Shown one piece after another: positions 19,626 through 29,422 of a stretch of 64,000 bases of DNA. Both the position numbers and the translations under genes were made by a program. The stretch is from Oscillospiraceae bacterium (lineage in GTDB: Bacteria; Bacillota; Clostridia; Oscillospirales; CAG-272): positions 344,924 through 408,923 of the forward strand of contig SVSE01000001.1 in NCBI GenBank assembly GCA_015064445.1, written 5' to 3'. How positions within the stretch are numbered: the stretch's first letter is position 1; every line of letters starts with the position of its first letter. The notes below the pieces were generated by a model. It had not been told where the DNA came from. It was given only the letters and a program-made list of their open reading frames with translations, and made no database searches.

Positions 19626-20366
19626 TTAGTCCTTTAATAATTCCTTCATTGTGTAGAGGCCTGCACCCTTTCCACACATAAATTGCGCTGATTTAAGTGC
19701 GCCCTGTGCGAAAAGCGATCTATCATAAGCCTCGTGCTTGAGAGTGATTTGCTCTGCGCTTGTGCCGATTCTAACCTCGTGAATACCAACAATGTTGCCG
19801 ATTCTTATTGAGTTTATGCCAACCTCGTTCTTATCGCGCTTACAGAGCCCGTTTCTGCCTTGATTTGCATATGCGTCAGGTCTTGCCTCCTTTACTGCAT
19901 CAAAAAGCATTTTTGCAGTGCCAGAGGGCGCGTCAAGCTTACGATTGTGGTGTGTTTCAATAATTTCAACATCTGCATCAGGAAAAACGCTTACAACCCT
20001 CTTAACAGCGTCGCAAAGAGTTGCAATTCCAAGCGACATATTGCCTGTATAGAAGATAGCTACCTTTTCAGATGCATTCTTGATGATTTCCTTTTCCTCA
20101 TCGGTTTGTCCTGTTGTTGCAATAACGGCTGGAGTACCTGTTTTCACAGCATATTCAGTGATTTCAGAGGTAAGGCCGTGGAATGAAAAGTCGATTATCA
20201 CATCTGCGCTTTCCTTAACATCGGCAATCCTTGTATATTCATTTGAGGCTCTATCGTCTTGATATTTTATATCAACGAGGGCAACACATTCGCCACCGTG
20301 CTGATTAACAGCATCGATAACATACCCGCCCATAACGCCAAGAGCGCCTACTATTATAGCTTTCAT
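19626..20366 (-). CDS. dapB: 4-hydroxy-tetrahydrodipicolinate reductase
   Basis: N-terminal GALGVMGG Rossmann motif, ETHHNRKLDAPSGTA signature. Confidence 0.9.
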   Translation of the reverse strand: MKAIIVGALGVMGGYVIDAVNQHGGECVALVDIKYQDDRASNEYTRIADVKESADVIIDFSFHGLTSEITEYAVKTGTPAVIATTGQTDEEKEIIKNASEKVAIFYTGNMSLGIATLCDAVKRVVSVFPDADVEIIETHHNRKLDAPSGTAKMLFDAVKEARPDAYANQGRNGLCKRDKNEVGINSIRIGNIVGIHEVRIGTSAEQITLKHEAYDRSLFAQGALKSAQFMCGKGAGLYTMKELLKD

Positions 20367-20367
20367 A

Positions 20368-21255
20368 TTATAAAATTCCTTGTTCCTTCATTTTTTCGAT
20401 AAGAACCTTCTCGTGCTCCTCCTCCATAGGATAAAGAGGTGAACGAAGAACATTTTCTGTATAGCCCATATGAGCCATTGCACACTTTGCAGGGATCGGG
20501 TTAACCTCGCTGAAGAGTGCGTTTATAAGTGGAAGGAGCTTAAGCTGAAGCTCACAGCTTCCCTTTATATCTCCCTTGAAGAATCTATCGCAGATTTCAA
20601 CGGTTGCCTTTGGCATAGGATTTGAGAGAACTGAAATTACTCCCTTTCCACCGAGGGCAAGGATTGGAACGATTTGGTCGTCGTTTCCGCTATAAATATC
20701 GAGCTTATCGCCAACGAGTGCTATTGTTTCTGCAATTTTGCTGATATTTCCGTTTGCTTCCTTGATTGCAACGATATTTGGGTGCTCTGCCAAGGCTACA
20801 TATGTAGCAGGCTCAATGTTAACGCCTGTTCTTGATGGAACATTGTAAACGATAACAGGCTTTGTTGATGCATCAGCGATTGCTGTGTACATTTTGATAA
20901 GTCCCTTTTGAGTTGCCTTGTTGTAATAAGGAGTAACTATAAGAACTGCGTCTGCACCAACCTCACAAGCATGCTTTGTAAGCCAAATTGCGTAGTCGGT
21001 ATCGTTACTACCTGTACCAGCGATAACAGGAACTCTGCCGTTTGTCTGCTTAACAACAAATTCGATAGCATCCTTGTGCTCATCATCTGTCAAGGTTGAG
21101 GCTTCACCTGTTGTGCCACAAACTACAAGGGCGTTTATTCCCTCGGAAATTTGGAATTCAACAAGCTCGGCAAACTTTTTATAATCAATTTTTCCGTTTT
21201 TGTCAAATGGTGTGATAAGGGCTGTTGCAACGCCTTCAAAAATTGTTTTCTTCAT
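20368..21255 (-). CDS. dapA: 4-hydroxy-tetrahydrodipicolinate synthase
   Basis: GVATALITPF, CGTTGE, YNVPSRTG, AIKEA (Schiff-base Lys). Start set to ATG 21255 with an AAGGAG RBS. The upstream tracked codons overlie the L-box. Confidence 0.9.
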   Translation of the reverse strand: MKKTIFEGVATALITPFDKNGKIDYKKFAELVEFQISEGINALVVCGTTGEASTLTDDEHKDAIEFVVKQTNGRVPVIAGTGSNDTDYAIWLTKHACEVGADAVLIVTPYYNKATQKGLIKMYTAIADASTKPVIVYNVPSRTGVNIEPATYVALAEHPNIVAIKEANGNISKIAETIALVGDKLDIYSGNDDQIVPILALGGKGVISVLSNPMPKATVEICDRFFKGDIKGSCELQLKLLPLINALFSEVNPIPAKCAMAHMGYTENVLRSPLYPMEEEHEKVLIEKMKEQGIL

Positions 21256-21289
21256 AATATTCAATCTCCTTTGAGAAAATTTTACATAA

Positions 21290-21512
21290 AAAAGCTCCGA
21301 AAATTCGGAGCGCATAAACAAAATATTGGCTAAAAATATAATTTTATAACCAACACATAGCACTCCGTAAAAACGACAGTCGGTCAAATCTTATTTGACA
21401 AACCAAGAAAAGCTCGCGAGACTCTCTTTCGGCATCCTGCCCTTTCACAAATCCAACCCTTTCGCCCGAGGTTAACGGATTTTGCTACTAATGCGCAGAT
21501 GCGCCTCTATGA
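21290..21512 (-). promoter_or_regulatory. lysine riboswitch (L-box) with terminator
   Basis: Minus-strand AUAGAGGCGCAUCUGCGCAUUAGUAGC...GGGUUGGAUUUGUGAAAGGGCAGGAUGCCGAAAG...GACUGUCG. Then GCUCCGAA-AA-UUCGGAGC plus a U-run (21294-21311). Confidence 0.8.
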
Positions 21513-21522
21513 TGTTGTAAAT

Positions 21523-21551
21523 ATACTAACACACGAAAATGCGCTTGTCAA
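21523..21551 (-). promoter_or_regulatory. promoter of the L-box-dapA operon
   Basis: Minus strand TTGACA, 17-nt spacer, TAGTAT. Confidence 0.5.
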
Positions 21552-21593
21552 GAGGATTTTGCGAAAATTCGCATATTTTTAAATAATATAAAG

Positions 21594-21621
21594 AAAAACC
21601 GACACGGTTGTGTCGGTTTTT
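21594..21621 (-). terminator. terminator downstream of the collagen-like lipoprotein pair
   Basis: CCGACAC-GGTT-GTGTCGG hairpin with flanking A-run and T-run. Confidence 0.65.
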
Positions 21622-21627
21622 GTTTTG

Positions 21628-23133
21628 TCAGTCGGAAATATATCTACCTACAAGAATTTCAAAGAAGCAATCAATATTTGTTGGATTATCAAGGACAATT
21701 TGTATCTTTACTATTTCCTTATTGTTTTCTCCAAAATCCACTACAATTGCACTCTGCTCGGTATCGTTAGAGCCTATTTTACCATTTGAAATAAGAACCT
21801 TTTCTTCAACGTCTTTATAAACTGCATAGATCTTATACGCGCTTTGGTTTCCTTCTTCATTTGCACCACAAGCGGAAAAAGCAAGTATATCAGCATCAAT
21901 GCATTGAACAGCACTAAAATCAAGCTCTATTACAAGTGGCGCACCTACCCTTGCGTTGACTCCCGTGTGTCTCCAGTCTTCGTCAGTTAGGCGTTCTTGC
22001 CATTTATCAAGCTCAGGATGTCCTCCTGCCTCAGAGGTGGCTGTTATTGTGGCAAGATTGGTAAGATTTGTTACCAAATATTCAATTTCCACCTTATCGC
22101 AACCACTTCTCAAGCATTGTCTTCTTTTAAGAAATGTAGTTGTTATCCAACCGTCGCTCTCTTCTGCGTCAGATGTCCATTTATGACCAAGCGCATCCTC
22201 TATTACAGTTTCTTTTGTCTCTTGACAAACAGGGCATCTAGATATCAATATTGACGCTTCCTCACAGGTAGCCTCATCTTGGGTTACGGATTCATTTTCA
22301 AAGCCCTGAGAATGCGTACAAATTTTGTCTATGCTTGCTTTCAAGGTTATATCCTCGGTTACAACACAACCGATAAATGACCATTTTTCATTGCCAACGT
22401 ACCAGCCCTCGGTCTCATACGTATAGCGCTCGTCATTTAAATAATCAGCTATGTTTGGTTCTTTCACCTTGCCTCCCCAAGCAACCTTTTGGTCGGGAAT
22501 ATTTATATCAACGCCAAAAGCCTCAAATTTTACGGTATATTCAGTTGTGAAAAGAAGATTTACAGCTACATCTGCAATAAACTCCTCTTCTGTTGCAGTA
22601 TATGAGGGATATTTCCTCTTAAAATTCTCGTAAACTATTGTCCAAGCATCCTTTTCACGAGCATTTTCTATTGTTTCAATTGTTCCGTCCGTATAAGATA
22701 TTTTAAGATCATAACCAACGAACTCTATTTTATCAATGCTATTGCCAGCATCTCCCTGAGAGCCCTTTTGTCCTTTATCTCCCTTATCGCCAGTCTCACC
22801 CTTTGGTCCAGCTTCGCCTCTGACCATACCAAGATTTCTCGTTGTATTATCGCTCATTATAAGTATGAGGCTTCCTAAATCATCAAGCTCGGCGCTTTCT
22901 ATGCTTGCTGTTGATTCAGTTTTCACCTCAAGCTCTTGAGTGGTACCATCAGAAAACTTGATTTTATAATTCTCGACGCCATTTTCGGCATCATATTTCT
23001 TTTCGATAAGAGCGACCTCATTTTCAAAGCTTTCGAAGGCGTTCTTGACATCCTCTACATCATCGCAAGAGATAAAAAGAAACAAAATAACACTCAAAAT
23101 GCAAGCAAGGCATATTAAAGTTATTTTTTTCAT
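21628..23133 (-). CDS. lipoprotein with (G-X-Y)8 collagen-like segment, Listeria-Bacteroides-type repeat, Cys-rich linker and beta-sandwich-like C-terminus
   Basis: Lipobox FISC. GEAGPKGETGDKGDKGQKGSQGDAG. YTVKFEA...GWYVGNEKWSFIGCVVTEDITLKA repeat. Start set to ATG 23133 (MKKITLICLAC). Confidence 0.7.
   Translation of the reverse strand: MKKITLICLACILSVILFLFISCDDVEDVKNAFESFENEVALIEKKYDAENGVENYKIKFSDGTTQELEVKTESTASIESAELDDLGSLILIMSDNTTRNLGMVRGEAGPKGETGDKGDKGQKGSQGDAGNSIDKIEFVGYDLKISYTDGTIETIENAREKDAWTIVYENFKRKYPSYTATEEEFIADVAVNLLFTTEYTVKFEAFGVDINIPDQKVAWGGKVKEPNIADYLNDERYTYETEGWYVGNEKWSFIGCVVTEDITLKASIDKICTHSQGFENESVTQDEATCEEASILISRCPVCQETKETVIEDALGHKWTSDAEESDGWITTTFLKRRQCLRSGCDKVEIEYLVTNLTNLATITATSEAGGHPELDKWQERLTDEDWRHTGVNARVGAPLVIELDFSAVQCIDADILAFSACGANEEGNQSAYKIYAVYKDVEEKVLISNGKIGSNDTEQSAIVVDFGENNKEIVKIQIVLDNPTNIDCFFEILVGRYISD
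22741..22818 (-). repeat. collagen-like G-X-Y triplet run (8 triplets)
   Basis: Direct reading of the ORF: GEA GPK GET GDK GDK GQK GSQ GDA. Confidence 0.8.
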
Positions 23134-23143
23134 AAATTTTACC

Positions 23144-25288
23144 TTATTCTTCCCAGTATTGATTCCAAAGATCATTCCAAGAGTTTATTTTTATTAAAGC
23201 ATCCTGTCGGCCTTCCATAAATGCCTGTTGGAACGTATTGCTACCACTAGAATACGAGCCCGTTCTTACATTTGACAGGAAACCTGACCAACCACTTGTA
23301 AGATATCCAACATCACAAAGAATATTGGGGAAAACATAATCCTCGAGCATTTCGACATTTTCCTCTGCGACATCAGAGGTCATTGTTTCCTTTATAGAGG
23401 ATTTAAATGGCTCAATAACATATTCATTTCCAGTTTTAAATAGCATTTCAACAAAGAACTCCGACATTTCTCTGTCCTTTGTCGACTTTGGAATACAAAC
23501 AAATGTTGCCTGTGCATTTGTGCTTATTGTGTAATATGGTGTTTCGGAATCATATTTTGGGAATGGCACAATTCCCATATCGAATGTGAGTGAGGTATAA
23601 TCCTTAGAGAAAAGCTCAGACACGGACTGCTCTTGGAAAAGCACTCTTCCTTGAACAAATGCGTTATAAGCATTTTCGGATTGGCTCCAGTTAGTGTGTG
23701 CCCAAGTTGTGCCAGCGTTTACCTCCAAAATTCTTGAAATCACGACATTAACCTTGTTCATATCAAGATTTAAGGCTATTGCGTATTCCTTTGTGTCAGG
23801 ATCAACATATGCCTCTTGAATTCCTGCGTAATGATAAAATCTTGAAACATCCTTGGTTGAGAAGCCATAAATATCCTCATCGCCCTGTGTTCCTGTTGTT
23901 CCGGTTGTATCTGCCAAATCTGTATGAACGGATTTTGCAAGATTTAAAAATTGATCATATGTCCATGTTCCATTTTTAACCATTTCATAAATGCTTATTT
24001 CATCATTTATTGTAGCAAGAAGATCCTTATTATAATACAAAATAAACGAAACGAGCTCATCGCCGAATGTGGCATCTCCACCAACAAACAAGGTTCTGTC
24101 GGAAATTGTAAATGCTTCAACTGAGGCTTGGTTATAATAGGATTCCGTAAAATCGATATACTCGCTTCCCGCCATATCGTAAACATTAGGAACAATGCCT
24201 TGAATCTCATGCGCTCTTGGAATTGCTATTTCATAGTTTATCCCATCAGTATACTCAGCTGTTACAAGATCGGAGCTAATAAACTGCGAATTAGATGCAG
24301 ATATCCAGTTTACGGTTACACCAAAATTTTCAAGAAAAAGCGCCTGACGGTCAGCATATGCGCTATTTACTACACTTCCAAATGTAGATGGAGAAAGCTC
24401 CATTTGAGAGAAAACTCCGTAGCTGGTACCGTTATTATATCTTGTAACGAGCACATTTAGCTCCTCGCCTTCCCATGTATCAACGCTTTCAATAGGCTCT
24501 TCTCCCTCAATCCATTTTGCCTCGAGGGTCATATTCTCGGTAACAGAGTATCCAACAAAGGACCATCTTTCCTTACCTACATACCAGCCATCAAAAGTAT
24601 AGCCTGCCTTTTTTGGCTTTTTAGGCATGGCAATCTTCTCGCCTCTTTCAATATACTGCGTTGAAACAGCCGAGCCACCCTTGCTATCGAAGGTTATTTC
24701 ATAAATTTCAACCTCAAGTGCGTTTGAAACAATTTGAGCCATCCACTCAAGCTGTGAATATTCATAATCAGGGTATGTTATACACCAAAGATAATATAGA
24801 GTGTCCCAATTATCTGCCTTTTGCTCGTTTATAGGTCCAAGATTTTTCGAGGTATTGTTTGTGTAATAAACGACAAGTTCTCCCTCATCAATCTCTATTT
24901 TATCAATGCCTATTCCGTCATTTCCCTTATCGCCCTTGTCTCCCTTGGCGCCCTTGTTTCCTTTTTCGCCCTGCTCGCCAAGGACACAGCCGAGATTTTG
25001 AGTAGAATTATCACTCATTATGAGAATGAGGTTTCCAGCATCATCAAGCTCCGCCTTAGAGATTGTTATCTCGGGGGAGTTGTTTTCAATTTTTATTTCG
25101 GTGCTTGTTCCATCGGAAAAGGTTATCTTATAAGTTTCTATTCCTTCCTTATTAGATACCTTTTCTATGTTGTCTATTTGCGAGGTGAACGACTCAAGCT
25201 TCTCGGAGGCATCATCACATCCAACAAGAGAAATCGGTGCAAGCGCAAGCAAAAGACACATAAGCACAAGAAAAATTCGTTTTGCCAT
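23144..25288 (-). CDS. lipoprotein with the same N-terminal module, a (G-X-Y)7 segment and repeat, fused to a family-1 extracellular solute-binding domain
   Basis: Lipobox LVGC. GEQGEKGNKGAKGDKGDKGNDG. YEITFDSKGG...GYTFDGWYVGKERWSFVGYSVTENMTLEAKW. C-terminal ~440 aa with SBP-like character (assignment by resemblance). Confidence 0.7.
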   Translation of the reverse strand: MAKRIFLVLMCLLLALAPISLVGCDDASEKLESFTSQIDNIEKVSNKEGIETYKITFSDGTSTEIKIENNSPEITISKAELDDAGNLILIMSDNSTQNLGCVLGEQGEKGNKGAKGDKGDKGNDGIGIDKIEIDEGELVVYYTNNTSKNLGPINEQKADNWDTLYYLWCITYPDYEYSQLEWMAQIVSNALEVEIYEITFDSKGGSAVSTQYIERGEKIAMPKKPKKAGYTFDGWYVGKERWSFVGYSVTENMTLEAKWIEGEEPIESVDTWEGEELNVLVTRYNNGTSYGVFSQMELSPSTFGSVVNSAYADRQALFLENFGVTVNWISASNSQFISSDLVTAEYTDGINYEIAIPRAHEIQGIVPNVYDMAGSEYIDFTESYYNQASVEAFTISDRTLFVGGDATFGDELVSFILYYNKDLLATINDEISIYEMVKNGTWTYDQFLNLAKSVHTDLADTTGTTGTQGDEDIYGFSTKDVSRFYHYAGIQEAYVDPDTKEYAIALNLDMNKVNVVISRILEVNAGTTWAHTNWSQSENAYNAFVQGRVLFQEQSVSELFSKDYTSLTFDMGIVPFPKYDSETPYYTISTNAQATFVCIPKSTKDREMSEFFVEMLFKTGNEYVIEPFKSSIKETMTSDVAEENVEMLEDYVFPNILCDVGYLTSGWSGFLSNVRTGSYSSGSNTFQQAFMEGRQDALIKINSWNDLWNQYWEE
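24914..24979 (-). repeat. collagen-like G-X-Y triplet run (7 triplets)
   Basis: Direct reading of the ORF: GEQ GEK GNK GAK GDK GDK GND. Confidence 0.8.
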
Positions 25289-25416
25289 TGTTTTTCTCCT
25301 TATAATTATTTATCATAATTTTATCACAAAATTTAACAAGCTTCAAAAACTGGGATAAAACAAATATTAGTAGGGATTAAATGCTACTTGAAAATCCCAT
25401 CTTACCTGTTATAGAT

Positions 25417-25445
25417 ATTGTAGCACCTAATAAGCGATTTTTCAA
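25417..25445 (-). promoter_or_regulatory. promoter of the lipoprotein pair
   Basis: Minus strand TTGAAA, 17-nt spacer, TGcTACAAT. Leaves a ~120-nt leader. Confidence 0.45.
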
Positions 25446-25465
25446 GCAATAAAAGCTTACATTTT

Positions 25466-25482
25466 GTAAACTTTAAGTTTAC
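25466..25482. promoter_or_regulatory. perfect 8-1-8 palindrome, candidate operator/activator site
   Basis: GTAAACTT-T-AAGTTTAC located ~20 bp upstream of the -35. Flanked by direct TTACATTTT copies. Confidence 0.3.
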
Positions 25483-25490
25483 ATTTTATA

Positions 25491-25517
25491 AAAAAAGACG
25501 GCATATGCCGTCTTTTT
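25491..25517 (-). terminator. terminator of the pyr operon
   Basis: AGACGGCAT/ATGCCGTCT hairpin flanked by A6 and T5, 3 nt after the pyrI stop. Confidence 0.75.
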
Positions 25518-25519
25518 GA

Positions 25520-25936
25520 TTATTTTGCCTTGGTTTCACAATAGATGCATCTGTAAACGCGGTTTTCCTTATCGGTTAGCTTGAAGATGTGCGAAAGCTC
25601 CTGCTCTGTTGACGTGATGCAACGAGGATTTTTGCACTTTACGATATCGACAATCTCGCAAGGAAGCTCTGGATGATACTTCTTTACAATCTTACCGTTT
25701 TCAATAAGGTTTACTGTAAGGTCAGAGTCGATATAGCCAAGCACGCTTAGGTCAACATTTTTTGCTGTATCAACCTTTATAATATCCTTGCGTCCCATAT
25801 TCTTGCTATATGCATTCTTTATAATTGCGATATTCGAATCAAGCTTATCGAGACCGAGGAAGTGGTAAATATCCATGCCCTGTCCTGCCTTAATATGGTC
25901 GATTACGATGCCATTCTTTATTTCATCAACTGTCAT
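25520..25936 (-). CDS. pyrI: aspartate carbamoyltransferase regulatory subunit
   Basis: Allosteric domain ([10 protein letters not shown]) and Zn domain with CxxxxC...CxxC (CKNPRCIT...YRCIYCE). Confidence 0.9.
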   Translation of the reverse strand: MTVDEIKNGIVIDHIKAGQGMDIYHFLGLDKLDSNIAIIKNAYSKNMGRKDIIKVDTAKNVDLSVLGYIDSDLTVNLIENGKIVKKYHPELPCEIVDIVKCKNPRCITSTEQELSHIFKLTDKENRVYRCIYCETKAK

Positions 25937-26850
25937 CTTGCCACCTCCAAGAGATATTTGATAAGTGCCATTCTGATATACTTTCCGTTGAGAACCTGTC
26001 TAAAATAGCAAGCGCGTGGATCCTTGTCGATTGCCACGGAGATCTCGTTTACACGAGGAAGTGGATGAAGAATTGCAAGGTCGCTCTTTGCGCTATCAAG
26101 CTTCTCTGGTGTGAGAATGTAGCTATCCTTGAGTCTTATATAATCCTGCTCGTTAAAGAATCTTTCTCTTTGAACACGAGTCATATAAAGAATATCAAGC
26201 TCTGGCATTGCACCATCAAGGCTTGCAGTTTCAACATACTCAATTCCGTTCTTTTCAAGAACATCCTGCTTAATGTAGTCAGGAATTTTAAGCTCATCAG
26301 GCGAGATAAGCACAAATTTGATGTTTTTATATCTTGCCATAGCACTAATGAGAGAGTGTACGGTTCTGCCGAATTTAAGGTCTCCACAAAGTCCTACGGT
26401 AAGGTTATCAAGTCTTCCCTTTTCACGCTTGATTGTGAGAAGGTCGGTAAGTGTTTGAGTTGGGTGATTATGTCCACCGTCGCCTGCGTTGATAACAGGG
26501 ATTGTGGAGTTGAGAGATGCAACCATAGGTGCGCCCTCTTTAAAATGACGCATTACCATAATGTCGGCAAAGCACGAGATTACCTTGGCGGTATCAGCAA
26601 CGCTCTCACCCTTTGCAGCGGAGCTACTTTGAGCCTCGGAAAATCCGATTACATTTCCACCGAGCTCCATCATTGCAGACTCGAATGAAAGGCGAGTTCT
26701 TGTTGATGGCTCGTAGAAAAGCGTTGCAAGCTTCTTACCGTGGCAAACCTCTGCATATTTTGCAGGATTTGCGATTATGTCCTCTGCAGTTGCGATAAGC
26801 GCGTCAATTTCCTCGTTTGTGAGGTCCTCTATTCCTATAAGATGTTTCAT
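25933..26850 (-). CDS. pyrB: aspartate carbamoyltransferase catalytic subunit
   Basis: STRTR, HPTQ, HPLPRV signatures. Confidence 0.95.
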   Translation of the reverse strand: MKHLIGIEDLTNEEIDALIATAEDIIANPAKYAEVCHGKKLATLFYEPSTRTRLSFESAMMELGGNVIGFSEAQSSSAAKGESVADTAKVISCFADIMVMRHFKEGAPMVASLNSTIPVINAGDGGHNHPTQTLTDLLTIKREKGRLDNLTVGLCGDLKFGRTVHSLISAMARYKNIKFVLISPDELKIPDYIKQDVLEKNGIEYVETASLDGAMPELDILYMTRVQRERFFNEQDYIRLKDSYILTPEKLDSAKSDLAILHPLPRVNEISVAIDKDPRACYFRQVLNGKYIRMALIKYLLEVAR

Positions 26851-26885
26851 TTAGGTTTTCCTTTCGTAATTATTTGCGATTGGAT

Positions 26886-27542
26886 TTATGCCTTTGCACC
26901 GTAAACCTCAAGATACTTCTTGATACGGTCTACATTTTCCTTGTTTGCCTCATCCTCTTCGAGGTACTCGATGATATCGTAAACATCAACAACTGAGTAT
27001 ACCGGGAAGCCGAATTCTTCCTCGATTTCAACCATAGCGCCCTTGTCGCCCTGTCCCTTTTCCTTACGGTCAACCATTACGAAGGTAGCAACAACCTTAA
27101 TGCCCTCTACGCCCTTCATAATTTCCATAGTTTCACGGATTGCTGTACCAGCTGTGATAACATCCTCTACGATTACGATTTCGTCGCCTGCCTTTGGCTT
27201 ATAGCCTACGAAAACTCCGCCCTCTCCGTGGTCCTTAACTTCCTTTCTGTTGAAGAAGAATGGAAGATTGAGTCCCTCGTTTGCCAAAGCGATTGAAGCA
27301 GAAACTGCGATTGAAATTCCCTTGTAAGCAGGGCCATAAAGAACGGTTTCCTTATTGCCTACCTTGTCAAGATATGCTCTTGCATAGAATTGACCGAGCT
27401 TTGCGATGTTTTCGCCTGTCTTGATTTCGCCTGCGTTAATGAAGTAAGGAATCTTTCTTCCACTTTTTGCAGTAAAATCTCCAAATTTGAGAACGCCTGC
27501 GTTCTGCAAAAATTGTATAAATTCTCTCTTGTAGCTTTCCAT
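26886..27542 (-). CDS. pyrE: orotate phosphoribosyltransferase
   Basis: PRPP-binding VIVEDVITAGTA. Start set to ATG 27542 with an AAGGAGA RBS. Confidence 0.9.
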   Translation of the reverse strand: MESYKREFIQFLQNAGVLKFGDFTAKSGRKIPYFINAGEIKTGENIAKLGQFYARAYLDKVGNKETVLYGPAYKGISIAVSASIALANEGLNLPFFFNRKEVKDHGEGGVFVGYKPKAGDEIVIVEDVITAGTAIRETMEIMKGVEGIKVVATFVMVDRKEKGQGDKGAMVEIEEEFGFPVYSVVDVYDIIEYLEEDEANKENVDRIKKYLEVYGAKA

Positions 27543-27689
27543 TTTAGTTCTCCTTATGCCAAGCGAGTCCGAAACGAACCTGTTTTGGAACGGCAGGCTC
27601 CTTGGTATTTTTATCATAGTGTAATAAACATAATTCGTTTTAAGCACGAGTTTTCAGGCTCGTTCCAAAATGTTCACATCTAAAGATTA

Positions 27690-27776
27690 GCTATTTAAAG
27701 ATGAATTTGGGCGCCGAGGCGACAGCCTTACGTGGTGTAAGGCAACAACGAGAAGCCTGAAAGCGCTTTAAATAGC
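27690..27776 (-). other. 87-nt rod-like RNA hairpin inside the pyrF-pyrE intergenic region
   Basis: 11-bp closing helix GCTATTTAAAG/CTTTAAATAGC, inner GCG/CGC and AGGC/GCCT pairs, apical GCCTTAC-loop-GTAAGGC. Confidence 0.4.
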
Positions 27777-27812
27777 AGAATTTAGACTGGTTCATTTTGG
27801 TCTTGTTTGGCA

Positions 27813-28511
27813 TTAGTCAACGAATTCGCGTACGCATCTTCTATATGCTTCAACTGGGTCTGGAGCTGCTGTGATTGGTCTGCCGACTACTATGTAATCG
27901 CTACCGATTTTCTTAGCCTGCTCTGGTGTCATAACTCTTACCTGGTCGCCCTTATCGCCATCAGCGAAGCGAACGCCTGGGGTTACTGTTATAAAGTCGC
28001 TACCACATGTTGCGTGAACCTTTTCAGCCTCGAGTGGCGAGCATACGATACCTGCAAGACCTGCCTTTTTAGCGTTCATTGCATAGTGCATAACTACCTT
28101 ATCCATAGGCTCATTTATAAGAAGGTCGTCTCTCATTCTCTCCTCGCTTGTTGAGGTGAGCTGAGTTACAGCGATAAGAAGTGGTCTTGAGCCATCCTCT
28201 CTTGTAAGTCCCTCAAGAGCTGCCTCCATCATTGCGATTGTTCCTGATGCATGAACATTAGTCATATCTACATCAAGGCGAGAAAGCACTGCCATTGCCT
28301 TTTTAACAGTATTTGGAATATCGTGAAGCTTGAGGTCGAGGAATATCTTGTGTCCTCTTCTCTTGATTTCTCTTACGATTTCTGGTCCTTCAGCATTAAA
28401 AAGCTCCATACCGATTTTTACAAAGGGCTTCTCATCCTGAAACTTTGAAAGGAAGTCAAATACCTGCTCCTTGCTTGCAAAATCACAAGCGATAATTACA
28501 TCTTTTCCCAT
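27813..28511 (-). CDS. pyrF: orotidine 5'-phosphate decarboxylase
   Basis: [12 protein letters not shown] motif. Length 232 aa. Confidence 0.9.
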   Translation of the reverse strand: MGKDVIIACDFASKEQVFDFLSKFQDEKPFVKIGMELFNAEGPEIVREIKRRGHKIFLDLKLHDIPNTVKKAMAVLSRLDVDMTNVHASGTIAMMEAALEGLTREDGSRPLLIAVTQLTSTSEERMRDDLLINEPMDKVVMHYAMNAKKAGLAGIVCSPLEAEKVHATCGSDFITVTPGVRFADGDKGDQVRVMTPEQAKKIGSDYIVVGRPITAAPDPVEAYRRCVREFVD

Positions 28512-29422
28512 TAGTGTGCTCCTCCTATTATATCCTTCAAATCTTTTATTCCGTATTTTTCCATTGCTCTTGGAAGATCCTCAATTATCTTCTTACAAGC
28601 ATATGGGTCTACGAGGTTTGCAGCGCCTACCTCAACTGCACTCGCACCAGCGAGCATCATTTCGATAACATCCTCGGCACAGCTTACACCGCCACCACCC
28701 ACGATTGGAATCTTTACAGCGTCATAAACCTGATAAATCATTCTTACAGCAACAGGCTTAATCGCTGGGCCTGAAAAACCGCCCATTTTGTTTGCGATAA
28801 CTGGCTTCTTGCGTCTTAGGTCTATCTTCATACCGAGAAGTGTGTTTATAAGGCTTATTCCGTCTGCGCCTGCTTCCTCACAAGCCTTTGCGATTGCTAC
28901 GATATCAGTAACATTTGGTGAAAGCTTAATGATAACTGGCTTTGTTGTAACAGCCTTAACTGCTCTTGTTACATTACCAGCAAGCTCAGGAGAAACTCCA
29001 AAGCTCATTCCACCACCGTGAACATTAGGACAGCTGATGTTGATCTCAAACCAGCCGACAATGTCCTCCTTATCAAGCTTTTTGCAAGCCTCCACATAAT
29101 CCTCAATTGAAAATCCACTTACATTTGCCATAACAGGCTTATGGAAGCATTTTCTGAGCTTTGGAAGCTCCTCGCTAATAACCTTATCAACGCCAGGATT
29201 TTGAAGTCCTACTGCGTTTATCATTCCTCTTTCGCACTCTGCAATTCTTGGTGTTGGATTGCCGAAGCGAGGTTCCTTGGTTGTTCCCTTAAACGAGAAG
29301 GTTCCAAGGCAATTTATATCGTATATTTCTGCAAATTCATAGCCGAAGCCGAAGGTTCCACTTGCTGGAATTATAGGATTATCGAGCTCGATTCCACAGA
29401 GATTAGTTTTCAAGCTTACCAT
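28511..29422 (-). CDS. pyrD: dihydroorotate dehydrogenase 1B, catalytic subunit
   Basis: [23 protein letters not shown] motifs. Coupled to pyrK. Confidence 0.9.
   Translation of the reverse strand: MVSLKTNLCGIELDNPIIPASGTFGFGYEFAEIYDINCLGTFSFKGTTKEPRFGNPTPRIAECERGMINAVGLQNPGVDKVISEELPKLRKCFHKPVMANVSGFSIEDYVEACKKLDKEDIVGWFEINISCPNVHGGGMSFGVSPELAGNVTRAVKAVTTKPVIIKLSPNVTDIVAIAKACEEAGADGISLINTLLGMKIDLRRKKPVIANKMGGFSGPAIKPVAVRMIYQVYDAVKIPIVGGGGVSCAEDVIEMMLAGASAVEVGAANLVDPYACKKIIEDLPRAMEKYGIKDLKDIIGGAH

Noticed and set aside
27543-27812. PyrR-binding attenuator in the pyrF-pyrE spacer or upstream of pyrC
   Set aside because: I could not find the conserved ARUCCAGAGAGGCU loop on the transcribed strand. 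No pyrR gene is present.
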